Below the pieces are notes generated by a model. The model did not search any database and was not told the origin of the DNA. It saw nothing but the letters and a program-made list of their open reading frames with translations. Of a stretch of 64,000 nt of DNA, positions 52,378 through 64,000 are shown piece by piece. Source of the DNA: Octopus bimaculoides (Eukaryota). Numbering within the stretch: position 1 is the first letter of the stretch; every line of letters begins with the position of its first letter. The position numbers and the translations under genes are program-made. The stretch lies in the NCBI RefSeq assembly GCF_001194135.2, contig NC_068984.1, positions 45,133,449 to 45,197,448 on the forward strand. The letters run 5' to 3'.

Positions 52378-53934
52378 AACATCATTAGTCGACTTCGGTC
52401 AAGTTAATTACGCAACAACAAGCACCACAGCAATAGCAATGAGCCAACAATGGAGCCTCTATATGGTCACTCGAACTGCTAGAAATAGCTGTTAGTAGTA
52501 CACCCTAACACCTTGAACAGGAACAAACCTTTAGTATGACCTAAATGCGCGATGTCTCATATAAACAAGACATGATCATGACTGAGTCAGCTCAGTCCAG
52601 GATTAGTCTGGGCCAAAATTTCATTACCGTAACTTCTCTACCGTTTAGCTAAGGTCAATGTATAATAGTGTCTGTACCTTACAACTTAATATCTGATAGG
52701 ATCCCTTATGGTCCCTATATATCGATATTAAACAGACTTTTTAAAACTAGGTAAGGAATTAGGGATTATACTGTCTTTAGCATGATTAGGCGTTGTACTC
52801 TCAAGATCCAATCAATTTTCCACCCTGTAGTAAACATGATCCATGGAAGAAGCATCTGACTGACTGCTTGACCTGCTAAAATAGCACATAATTCTCCCTC
52901 AAATTGCACATTACCGTCTTCAAAAAAGAAAGGGCATTCTTCATTATCTTTTAGTTGGGAGAGAAATCAGGGCTCATGACCTTTTAAGGGATCTTCAAAT
53001 CTGGCAGGAAAGTAAGAGAGAGGCATCCTCAAGCCAGGGAGCTGCCCTAAATGCTTGCAACAATGTTAAATCGAGCGACGGATTGAATCTAGCACCCAGC
53101 AAATAAGATAAAGCATGATTCGATCTCAGAATGCAAAGAGACGGAACAAATATCATAATGCATACAGACCGATGTGCCTACAGTTTCACCAATGCCTCAC
53201 TCTAGACTAGTACCTTTTTTATTTTATTTTATCAGCTCCAAAGGAGTGAAAGATAATGCTGACCCAATCAGGATTTGAACTCAAGGTGCAGAAATTCGGA
53301 ACATAAGCCATGCGGCAGTCGATCTGACGAGCCTGCAATTTCACTAATACACTGCCCTAGATTTCCTAGATTGATAATTGTTTTTGTTTTTTTTTTCTTT
53401 TAAATCGGCACTGAAAGGATGAAAGGGAAAGTAGACTACAGCGGGGTTCGAACTCAGCGGCAAGTACTTGGAACTAGTGTCGCGAGACTGTCAATTTTCC
53501 GTCTTATTAGATACCGTAGTTCTGAACACATCAAAAAGACGGGATGATCTGGATGATTACGGCTGGAACATTTTTGGTGAACCATTAGAATCGACACAAG
53601 CTGGAATTAACTGCAAATGAACGCAGTGACATAATACTTCCATTACTAAATGTTTTCGTTCTTTGACAACTGCAGCATTTTCATACATAATACACATAAA
53701 AATAAGTGAATGTTTAATACAAGTATTCATCTAAGAGGAACCACTTCGCTTCATCCTGACTGTCAATTATATTTCTTGATTGCTTCATCTTTTCTCGGAA
53801 TGCTTCGTACACACACCAATAACGAGGTTAATGAAGTTAGGTCAATTATTTACGGTCAGATGTGTGTAATTCAGTGCAGCCAGTGTTATATATGCATGCG
53901 ATTTATCAGTAACCATTGGGGCTCATGAACAACA

Positions 53935-54225
53935 CACATTGCTGATCTATTGGTATTAATGCTGCAGCATTGGCAAGCATTACATTCTGAAAGTGCTACA
54001 CGCCATTATTTTATCAGCAGCTACAGCTGCATATGAAAGAGCCAGCCTGACAGTTAACACCAGAGAAGTGAGATGTCCACTGTCAGTAGAACACTATACT
54101 CAGTGCGATAACAAGAGCTAACCACAGTCTTCCAACTTAAACATCAAGACAGCTTTATTTCTGATGACGAAGATATTCAAAACTGTATTAGGCAGGTTTC
54201 TGCTTACATTTACAGTAAACAAAAA
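53935..54225 (+). mobile_element. degraded RTE-like RT fragment
   Basis: AAYERASLTVNT and ISDDEDIQNCIRQVSA resemble RTE RT motifs downstream of YADD. Confidence 0.45.
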
Positions 54226-54239
54226 TTAACAAAATGTGT

Positions 54240-54540
54240 TCAGGAAACCACACGGTTTCGGATTCAGTCCTACTGCGTGACACCTTGAGCAAGTGTCGTC
54301 ACAAAGCCTTGTGAGTGGATTTGATAGACAGAAACTGAAAGAAGCCCGTCGTATATATATACATGTGTATGTGTGTGTGTGTTTGTCCCCATCACCAATT
54401 GACAACCGGTGTTGGTGTGTTTACTTTTCCCGTAACTTAGCGGTTCGGAATAAGTTTTGGGGTTGATTTATTCGAGTAAAAGTTCAAGGCGGTGCCTAAG
54501 CATGACCACAGTCTAATGACTGAAACAGGTAAAAAAATAA
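54240..54540 (+). mobile_element. SINE-C with LINE-like tail
   Basis: GGATTCAGTCC B box, CCTTGAGCAAGTGTC core; tail 54488-54534 matches 32607-32653. Confidence 0.85.
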
Positions 54541-55157
54541 CGCATAAAAATGAAAAAAATGTTAACATTATTAAATTTCTGGATTTTTTTCTTGTTTTCT
54601 TTTTTTACGTAGTTAAATAATTTAAAAAGCGGGTTGCACAGAGAATTATTGATTTGCAAAAACAGACCAGTTATGCCAGCACTGCAAAATACGAACAGAA
54701 AAAGCTTTCCAAGAATGACAAAACAACTATACTCTGAGATGTACCCATACATACAGACAGAATGATCAAGATTAAATTACCAGATTTCGTTGTCAAGTAA
54801 AACGAGGAAAATTCTTAATCGACATATCACTTCTGGAAGATGACAATGTATTTCTGAAAGGTAGAGAAATTATCCAAATATAATAATCTATAAATAGAGA
54901 TGACGCGAAGGTGAGGTCTGAAAACGGAAACATTCCCTATAATAGTAGATGCTTTAAGAATGATAACATAAAACATGCATAGAAATATACACCCTAAACC
55001 TTAAGACGTAGAAATATTTATAATATACTGAAAATAACTGTTGGCCACGCATCGCACACTTATTGTATGCAGTACTTATAATAACAGCAAAAGAAATATC
55101 AGAACCGATACAAAACACTGCACATGGCAATAGACACAGGAAGCTTCAGATAAAAAA

Positions 55158-55200
55158 TGGTGATGACGGTGATGATGATGGTGATGATGATGATGATGAC

Positions 55201-55255
<55 letters not shown>

Positions 55256-55460
55256 TTGTTGGTGTTGATACTGCTGCTGCTGCTGCTGCTGTCGTTGTTG
55301 TTTTGCTGCTGCTGCTGCTGCTGCTACTGGTGATAATGATGATAATGGTGATGTTGATGATGATGACGACGACGACGGCGACAATGATGATGATGGTGAT
55401 GATGGTGATGGTGATGATTATGATGATGATGATGAGGACGACGACGACGACGACGACGAC
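55158..55460. repeat. compound trinucleotide tract (GAT)n/(GCT)n/(GAC)n
   Basis: Direct reading; source of the poly-D, poly-H and poly-S ORF artefacts. Confidence 0.95.
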
Positions 55461-55919
55461 GAGGGCGATAATCACCGTCTGTATCATCTTCATCACCGCG
55501 ATACGTTTCGCAATTTGTTGCTGTCCTCAAATGCCTTACCTATTCTGAACTTCTCAGAACGATGATGACTTGTGTTACAACCACCTTGTCTTTTTTTATT
55601 ATTATTTTTTTTTTGTGTGCGGGGCAGGATTATATCAGGAACTACATTGTTCAATGAAGCACAAAGACACAGTCACTGCACAAATCAACAACACAATATT
55701 GAACCCTTTCGTCTTTTCCTTGAGTATGAGTAACAGGAACTAGAACCACCGGAGATGTTTCTTTGCTTTGTAATTCTTTGTCTCCGTGAAGCATTTTTTC
55801 CATAAAGGAACAAATTTCCTCTGACCTGGAACTACATTCTGTTGTCTGGATGCTGTTTTAACTGGTCGTTCGAAGTTTATTCATTATTACTCATTATCTT
55901 AATCATTATTAACAAACTA

Positions 55920-56508
55920 TAGGCGGCGAGCTGTGGAGGCGCGTGGCTTAGTGGTTAGGGTGTCAGCATCATGATCGTGAGATTGTGGTTTCGATTCCTG
56001 GACCGGGCGACGCGTTGTGGTCTTGAGCAAAACACTTCATTTCAAGTTGCTCCAGTCCACTCAGCTGGCAAAAATGAGTAACGCTGCGATGGACTAGCGT
56101 CCCGTCCAGCTGGAAAACACATACGCCATTGAAACCGGGAAACCGGGCCCATGAGCCTGGCTAGGCTTTATAAGAGCGCATTTATTTATTATATAGGCGG
56201 CGAGCTGGCAGAATTGTTAGCATACCGGGCAATATGCTTAGCGGCATTTTGTCCATCTTTATGCTCTGAGTTCAAATGTCACCGAGGTCGACTTTGCCTT
56301 TCATCCTTTCTGGGCCGATAAATTAAGTACCAATTAAGCATTGGAGTCGATAAGTTAAGTATCAGTGTAACACAGGGGTCGATGTAACACAGGGGTCGTT
56401 GTAACACAGGGGTCGATGTAACACAGGGGTCGATGTAACACAGGGGTCGATGTAATTGACTGGTCCCTACACGCCAAAATTTTAGGCTTTGTGCCTATAG
56501 TAGAAAAG
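55920..56508 (+). mobile_element. SINE-B with a SINE-D (55934-56191) nested in its head
   Basis: Outer TSD ATTATTAACAAACTA (55905-55919 / 56509-56523); inner TSD TATAGGCGGCGAGCTG (55918-55933 / 56192-56207). Confidence 0.93.
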
Positions 56509-57194
56509 ATTATTAACAAACTAGAGCTATTACCCGTAACTTAAAAAGTATACTTTTGCCACCATGTGTAATTTCAGGAAAGATAACATATATATATAAC
56601 ATATATAACANNNNNNNNNNNNNNNNNNNNNNNNNNNNNNNNNNNNNNNNNNNNNNNNNNNNNNNNNNNNNNNNNNNNNNNNNNNNNNNNNNNNNNNNNN
56701 NNNNNNNNNNNNNNNNNNNNNNNNNNNNNNNNNNNNNNNNNNNNNNNNNNNNNNNNNNNNNNNNNNNNNNNNNNNNNNNNNNNNNNNNNNNNNNNNNNNN
56801 NNNNNNNNNNNNNNNNNNNNNNNNNNNNNNNNNNNNNNNNNNNNNNNNNNNNNNNNNNNNNNNNNNNNNNNNNNNNNNNNNNNNNNNNNNNNNNNNNNNN
56901 NNNNNNNNNNNNNNNNNNNNNNNNNNNNNNNNNNNNNNNNNNNNNNNNNNNNNNNNNNNNNNNNNNNNNNNNNNNNNNNNNNNNNNNNNNNNNNNNNNNN
57001 NNNNNNNNNNNNNNNNNNNNNNNNNNNNNNNNNNNNNNNNNNNNNCTCTCTCTCACTCTCTCTCCCCCCCTCTCTCTCTCTCTCTTTCTCTCTATCACAC
57101 ACACATCCGCTTTCTAAACAATGTAAAGTGTGGCTGGAAAAATGAATCAACCAATCAACCAACTTTTATATCGACTATTATAACACAGAGTGAA

Positions 57195-57490
57195 GGCGCA
57201 TGGCTCAGTGGTTAGAGCGTCGGGCTCACAATTATGAGCTACTGAGTTCGATTCGCGGCCCGGGTTGGGTGTTGTGTTCTTGAGCAAGACACTTTATTTC
57301 ACGTTGCTCCAGTTCAGTCAGTTGTAGAAATGAGTTGCGACGCCACTGGTGCCAAGCTGTACCAGCCTTTGTCTTTCTCTTGGATAACATCGGTGGTGCA
57401 GAGTGGGGAGACTGCTGGTCTTCCCTAAACAACCTTGCCCGAACTTGTTCCTCGGAGAGCAACTTTCTAGGTACAATCCCAAAGTCATCT
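57195..57490 (+). mobile_element. SINE-D, another tail variant
   Basis: TGGCTCAGTGGTTAG A box, GAGTTCGATTC B box, TTGAGCAAGACACTTTATTTCACGTTGCTCCAGT core. Confidence 0.85.
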
Positions 57491-57564
57491 ATGAATGATG
57501 TTTTAACCCTTTACTCTTTTATTACATAGACATGCATAATCATACGAACATACATACCAGCATG

Positions 57565-57623
<59 letters not shown>

Positions 57624-57692
57624 GCCTATACCCATCAGTATACACATCTTAGAATTGATCTTATTCTAATCAGGGAAGGAACNNNNNNNNNN

Positions 57693-57731
<39 letters not shown>

Positions 57732-57926
57732 GACTGTTTCTATCTTTGTATCTATCTCCCCCTCTCATTCTTCCTTCTACTGTTCTTCGCTTCTCCCGGT
57801 CACTACTATCTCTCTCTCTCTCTCTATCTATCTCTCGTTGCTCGTCCTTCGCCTCTCCCCGTCACTACTATCTCTCTCTCTCTATCTATCTATCTCTCGT
57901 TGCTCGTCCTTCGCCTCTCCCCGTCA

Positions 57927-57976
<50 letters not shown>

Positions 57977-58706
57977 GCTCTCGTTGCTCACTTATATTCT
58001 ACTTCCTCCCCCTTTTCTCCCTCTAACACTCTTTCTCCCTGCCCCTCGCTGGTCATATGTGTCCAGCTACTAATTCTTTCATTCTTGGACTACCCAAGCT
58101 CGCACGTACATTTTCGTCCTTCCAGTTCGTGCTTCACAGCGTTCAATATACACATACTTTTCCACGTCTGGCTGTATAGCCTTTTTTGTTTGTTTATTTC
58201 ACCGTTTCGTTTTCTTGTCTTGTTTTCCGTCCGCCCCTATCCTCCATGGAACAAATTTAATTTGTGTCCGTGGGAAGAGCCATTTTAACGATGTGTCCTG
58301 CCCTAACTCTTCGAAACGCCAGTGTTATAATGGTGGCAGCAAATGAAGGATAGGTTCTCTATGTGGCCTGTGTATTTTTTGTACCTTGTTTATCATTTTG
58401 TCCATGTTTTTTTGCAACGTCATGTACCCAGATATGCATCTATATATACATGTAGNNNNNNNNNNNNNNNNNNNNNNNNNNNNNNNNNNNNNNNNNNNNN
58501 NNNNNNNNNNNNNNNNNNNNNNNNNNNNNNNNNNNNNNNNNNNNNNNNNNNNNNNNNNNNNNNNNNNNNNNNNNNNNNNNNNNNNNNNNNNNNNNNNNNN
58601 NNNNNNNNNNNNNNNNNNNNNNNNNNNNNNNNNNNNNNNNNNNNNNNNNNNNNNNNNNNNNNNNNNNNNNNNNNNNNNNNNNNNNNNNNNNNNNNNNNNN
58701 NNNNNN

Positions 58707-58827
<121 letters not shown>

Positions 58828-59147
58828 GATGTGTGTGTGTGTATCCATGCGTGCTTGTGTGTAAAGCAACTACTTCTTTACCTCTCGCTATCAACAGTTT
58901 GTCAAGTTTATTATCCTCTTACTTAAATAGTAATTATGTAGTTATGTAGTGTATGAACGCGCGCGCGTTTGTGATGGACAGAAGGTTGCGAATTTCTGAG
59001 AGAGTGTGTGTGTAGAGGTGTGTAAGCATGTATTAGGCATTTCTAGTCCATCGACAACGTAACTTTTATCATCTTTACCATCCTCCTGCCACTGCTTTAG
59101 CTATTTCAGCGTTCCTCTATTTTATGATAACTCTCTGTACCCTTTTG

Positions 59148-59215
<68 letters not shown>

Positions 59216-59574
59216 CTTTTACTATACGACGTAAAGCATGGCAGTAGTCACCAACTAACCAGCCAACCAATATTTATATCAACTTTTATTATTTAGAGAT
59301 GATGGCAATTTTTGTAGCTGTTTTTCACGTTTTTATTTAAACAATTTAGAGTAAATACGGTCTGTTGCTTAGGCCTCCAAATTTGTACAGATAATTGATT
59401 TAACAATCTGTGTCAAAACTAGGCTAAGATAGACACTCTTGTATTTTCCAGCTTTTTCCATTAGAAGCTAACTGTCTTTGATTTTACTCACATATTTTCA
59501 TAGCGTACAGAAAGCAATCTACGTTATAGAATGTATATATATGGTCATTATTATTTAATTTATGCATTATGTTT

Positions 59575-59745
59575 AGCCGTACTTCTTCTGATGCTACGTT
59601 CTGAGTTCAAATTTCGCCGAGGTCGACTTTGGCTTTCATCTTTTCGGGGTCGATGAATTAAGTACCAGTTACACACTGGGTCGATGTAATCGACTGTCCC
59701 CCGCCCCCAAAATTCGGGCTTTGTGCCTACAGTAGAAAGGATTAT
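59575..59745 (+). mobile_element. SINE-B, 5'-truncated
   Basis: GAGTTCAAATTTCGCCGAGGTCGACTTT...AGTAGAAAGGATTATT. Confidence 0.85.
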
Positions 59746-59767
59746 TTAAAATAGACATTGTTTGTGG

Positions 59768-60060
59768 TTGTTGTTGGCACTCCGTCGCTTACGACGTCGA
59801 GGGTTCCAGTTGATCCGATCAACGGAACAGCCTGCTCGTGCAAGTGGCTGAGCACTCCACAGACACGTGTACCCCTAACGTAGCTCTCGAGGATATTCAG
59901 CGTGACACAATGTGACAAGGCTGATCCTTTGAATTACAGGCACAACAGAAACAGGAAGTAAGAGAAAGTTGTGGTGGAAGAGTACAGCAGAGTTCGCCAC
60001 CATCCCCTGCCGGAGCCTCGTGGAGCTTTAGGTGTTTTCGCTCAATAAACACTCATAACG
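59768..60060 (-). mobile_element. SINE-A running into a gap
   Basis: Reverse complement of the 11268 copy. Confidence 0.9.
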
Positions 60061-61129
60061 NNNNNNNNNNNNNNNNNNNNNNNNNNNNNNNNNNNNNNNN
60101 NNNNNNNNNNNNNNNNNNNNNNNNNNNNNNNNNNNNNNNNNNNNNNNNNNNNNNNNNNNNNNNNNNNNNNNNNNNNNNNNNNNNNNNNNNNNNNNNNNNN
60201 NNNNNNNNNNNNNNNNNNNNNNNNNNNNNNNNNNNNNNNNNNNNNNNNNNNNNNNNNNNNNNNNNNNNNNNNNNNNNNNNNNNNNNNNNNNNNNNNNNNN
60301 NNNNNNNNNNNNNNNNNNNNNNNNNNNNNNNNNNNNNNNNNNNNNNNNNNNNNNNNNNNNNNNNNNNNNNNNNNNNNNNNNNNNNNNNNNNNNNNNNNNN
60401 NNNNNNNNNNNNNNNNNNNNNNNNNNNNNNNNNNNNNNNNNNNNNNNNNNNNNNNNNNNNNNNNNNNNNNNNNNNNNNNNNNNNNNNNNNNNNNNNNNNN
60501 NNNNNNNNNNNNNNNNNNNNNNNNNNNNNNNNNNNNNNNNNNNNNNNNNNNNNNNNNNNNNNNNNNNNNNNNNNNNNNNNNNNNNNNNNNNNNNNNNNNN
60601 NNNNNNNNNNNNNNTATATATATATGTATATATATACATATGTGTTTTGTGTGTGTACATATATGCGTATGTGTGTGTGTGTGTGTGTGTGTATTTACAC
60701 AAATATTGACGTACATTCGTGTATATATGTACATACTTGTATGTATGCATATATATGTAAATACATAACTGTATGAATATATACATATGTATGTGTGTGT
60801 GAATATATATATATATGCATACATACATGCATACATACATAAATACATACATACATATATACATACATATGGGATATGTAATACATTGCCTAAATACCAA
60901 TCTTGAGAAATTAGGCTTCTCAAAACGAGAAAGGCAAAACCTGATTTGAAGAGTACAGATCCAATTCATCACTGGAACTGTAAAAATCTGTAAAACTTAG
61001 CAAGAGTTTATCATTTAAGGATATATGAGCATGTCTAGACATGAAACTATATGCATGAGAGTGCATACATAAAACAAAACATACAAATCTGCACATATAC
61101 ATACATACATACATACATACATACATACA

Positions 61130-61160
<31 letters not shown>

Positions 61161-62041
61161 GCAACTATATGCTTGAGAATACATACATAAAACGTACAAA
61201 TCTGCACATACATACATACATACATACGTACATACGTACATACATACATACATACATACATACATACATACATACATGCATGCATATAAAAACACCCTGT
61301 TGCTGATATTGAAATTCCAATGAAGGAGCCTTGGATCTAGGTTAGAAACCGATTCTTTCTCTATTGCCATGAAATCTTATGTATGTTTGCATACGACAAA
61401 CTGATTTTCTGCGACCGAATGCCCTTCCTGTCGTCAACCATCGACTGTTTCCAAGCAAGATAATCAATCGCCAAGCTACCCGTGTTTTGCATCGAAGACT
61501 GGAAACGAAAAACCTCGCCTTTATGACGATGGTGCTCATTTTATCAACATGTAATGTCAAGACAAGCGTTCACATGAATGCATGTACATGCGAAACAAAA
61601 TTATATTTCAACACATATATTTAGATCTGCTTTTAAATCGAAATTTAATTTTGCTTCGTATGTGCTCCGCCACAGGACATCAGCAAATAGATTTCACACT
61701 ATTTACATATATGTCCCAGAACGGCAACTGATTTTGTTTAAAGGTATGTTGAGTACATGGTACCGAAGAGCTACAATAATGGTGAAATAGCAATATATGT
61801 CGTTCCTGCTCACCTCGAGGTAAGTTATCACGCCTGGTCTAGGATATGCAGTGTTCAATAATACTCGGTGTCGTGTAGAGTGTTTTCCCAGAACGCTTTC
61901 CCGCAGCAAATAGGCGTATAAACATAACGCATTCACTATGTATATGCGACCGATAATGTTTGTATATATACGTGTGTGTGCATGCGTGTGTATGTGTGTG
62001 TGAACGCGCGCGTGTGTATGCATGTGCGTGCGTGTGTGTGG

Positions 62042-62108
<67 letters not shown>

Positions 62109-62484
62109 AAAGTGGAGTGGCAATAAGCCTACTCGCAGGTTCACATTTTATGAGGCTATTATCGAAATATAATTAATACTAATACACACGCTAGGTCTGT
62201 TATGCTATACTCGTTACTGATCAGAGCGGAAGAGAAATTAAAACAAAGGATCTAGCAAAAGAACTTCGTTCAAAAACTTCTGGTACTACAGTGATTTCTT
62301 TTTGTAAACATACACACATTCAAATATGAAGTATCCGATGTATCACAACCGTTTTACACCACCGACGCAAAATATACGCATGTAATTGGACGGTGAATGT
62401 TCGCACAGATATCTAATCTCTATGGTAAAATCCTTATGTGTTAGAGAATTTCTTCTCCACAAACGAAGCACAAGCAATCATCAG

Positions 62485-62960
62485 TCATCAGTCAGGTGCC
62501 TTCATGCCTTCCCAGTGTCCAGGGATTGGCTTGCCAAGGTTCTCTAATTCCTTTTATGTTGTACTGTATTCATACAATCAGCCAGGTTCCTGTTTTAAGT
62601 TCATTCTTTGATGTCACCAGTCCGCAAAAGTTTTCGACGGCTTCTTGCTTTCTTCCTTTCCACACTTCCTGTCAGGGTGGTCTTGGACTATGACTCATGG
62701 AACACTATGTTCATAATATAATAGCTTTGTATATTTTATTCCCAACAATAAGTGTCTTAGAAATTTCAACGTTTCTACTACTACTGTGTTTGCTACCCTA
62801 CTTTTACAGCTTATCCTGGCCATCCTGAAAAATATTCACGCCTTAAAAGCTTCTGTCTTCTCCTCCTGGCTATATTACACTGTCCAAAATTCTCCTCTGT
62901 AGAGGATAACTGGCATGATATAATAGTTTACTAGCCTCAATTTTAGGTGCAGCGTTATAT
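62485..62960 (-). mobile_element. RTE-like LINE ORF C-terminal region, degraded
   Basis: LKLRLV..MPVILYRGEFWTV..EEKTEAF..RMARIS resembles the RTE post-RT region. Confidence 0.65.
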
Positions 62961-63489
62961 CTTTTGGCTAAAACCGCCCAACTAATGGGCCAAGCGTAAA
63001 GCAATACAGACACGCGATAAATGCATCAGATTTCACATATGCCAAATACATTCAAACCACAAATAAAGTATCTTTATAACTGAAATATATTGTAACTATA
63101 ACGTAGATTAGCACCGTATTAAAACCTCATAAACAAAGCACAAAATGTATTACATCAAACCATAAAGAAAAAATAGATATATTCTAAAAGAAAACTAAAA
63201 TTAAAATTCTTATTACTGATGTGGCACAAGTATTCAAACCGAGAACAAACTACTATTAACCTAGTAACAATAAGATTTATAAAGCTGATTTCAAACGTGG
63301 AAGTTGCAAATTTCGAAACTCTAAATTTTATATTAACAGTACAGGCACAGCACTCTCACTCCTCGGGTTACTTCAGTTTTAATTAGAAGTAGTTTCATTG
63401 TACTCTACCAACAACATCAAACAAAAACAGAGGGGAAAACATTAGGAGAAAACAGTCAATGAAAAATACAAAATATTACAAGTGATTAT

Positions 63490-63780
63490 AACTTGGTCAG
63501 CGTCATCTAGATGTTTTAGATGTCTACATAGCCACTGGGGAAACACAGATACTTTCTTGACCCCATCCTTCCTCAACTCCCTCAACCTTAACCAAGCAGC
63601 ACATCAAGCCGGAAGGATTAAGAGATGTCCTAGCACGAGGCTGGTACACGTTTACAGCTGGGTAGACTGGACCAAAGTGTAAAAAAAGTGCCTTGCTCAA
63701 GGACACAACACGTTGCCGCGCGTAGGAATCGATTCTAAGACATTATGATAACGAGTCGAACACTGAGTCACGTGCCTTCA
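63490..63780 (-). mobile_element. SINE-D-like copy
   Basis: GTAGACTGGACC...CCTTGCTCAAGGACACAACAC core and reversed tRNA-like head. Confidence 0.65.
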
Positions 63781-64000
63781 CAAAAATAAGATCATTACAA
63801 AGTGCAACGCTAAAACAAACGCACAAGTTCAAAATCCATTGGCGATGTCAGCATGAGTCTCATGGTCCAACGTGCTTAATATAAGAAGGAAGGCCTGCCA
63901 ATGTAACCTCATCCAACACCTGAGACTACAAACAGTGAAGATATATTTTGGAACGTTACTGATCTAAATATACTTCAACACACACACACACACACACACA

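Noticed and set aside
55063-55548. Poly-D, poly-H and poly-S ORFs
   Set aside because: Trinucleotide microsatellites open in several frames on both strands.

Overview
AT-rich, repeat-saturated eukaryotic DNA from a gapped short-read scaffold; many N-runs are flanked by (TA)n, (TG)n or (TAA)n. The microsatellite load and SINE repertoire look like a coleoid cephalopod (Octopus-like); this is inference, not verified. No complete protein-coding gene, rRNA, true tRNA or CRISPR array is visible, and almost all ORF-track entries are microsatellite or gap artefacts. The window holds many tRNA-derived SINEs, given window-local names: A (head TGGAGGCGCAATGGCCCAGTGG, about 375 bp), B (head AAGGCGGCGAGCTGGCAGAA, about 200-240 bp, two tail variants), C (CORE-like, GGCAAGTGTCTTCTAC...GGAAACTGAAAGAAGC) and D (core TTGAGCAAGACACTTTATTTCACGTTGCTCCAGT, variable tails). 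It also holds decayed LINEs (CR1/Jockey-group APE-RT, RTE, R4/Dong-like), a Penelope-like GIY-YIG remnant, Tc1 and DD37D/maT transposons and a hAT-Charlie-like MITE. The most notable observations are three. (1) A minimal type I hammerhead ribozyme motif at the centre of a perfect 149-bp inverted repeat (48.7-49.1 kb). (2) A repeat-free island at 36.6-37.7 kb with several same-phase candidate minus-strand exons, possibly mutually exclusive or alternative terminal exons of an unidentified host gene. (3) A CpG-rich 58-bp hairpin minisatellite at 28.3-28.7 kb. All alignments and translations were done by eye, and most element boundaries are approximate.
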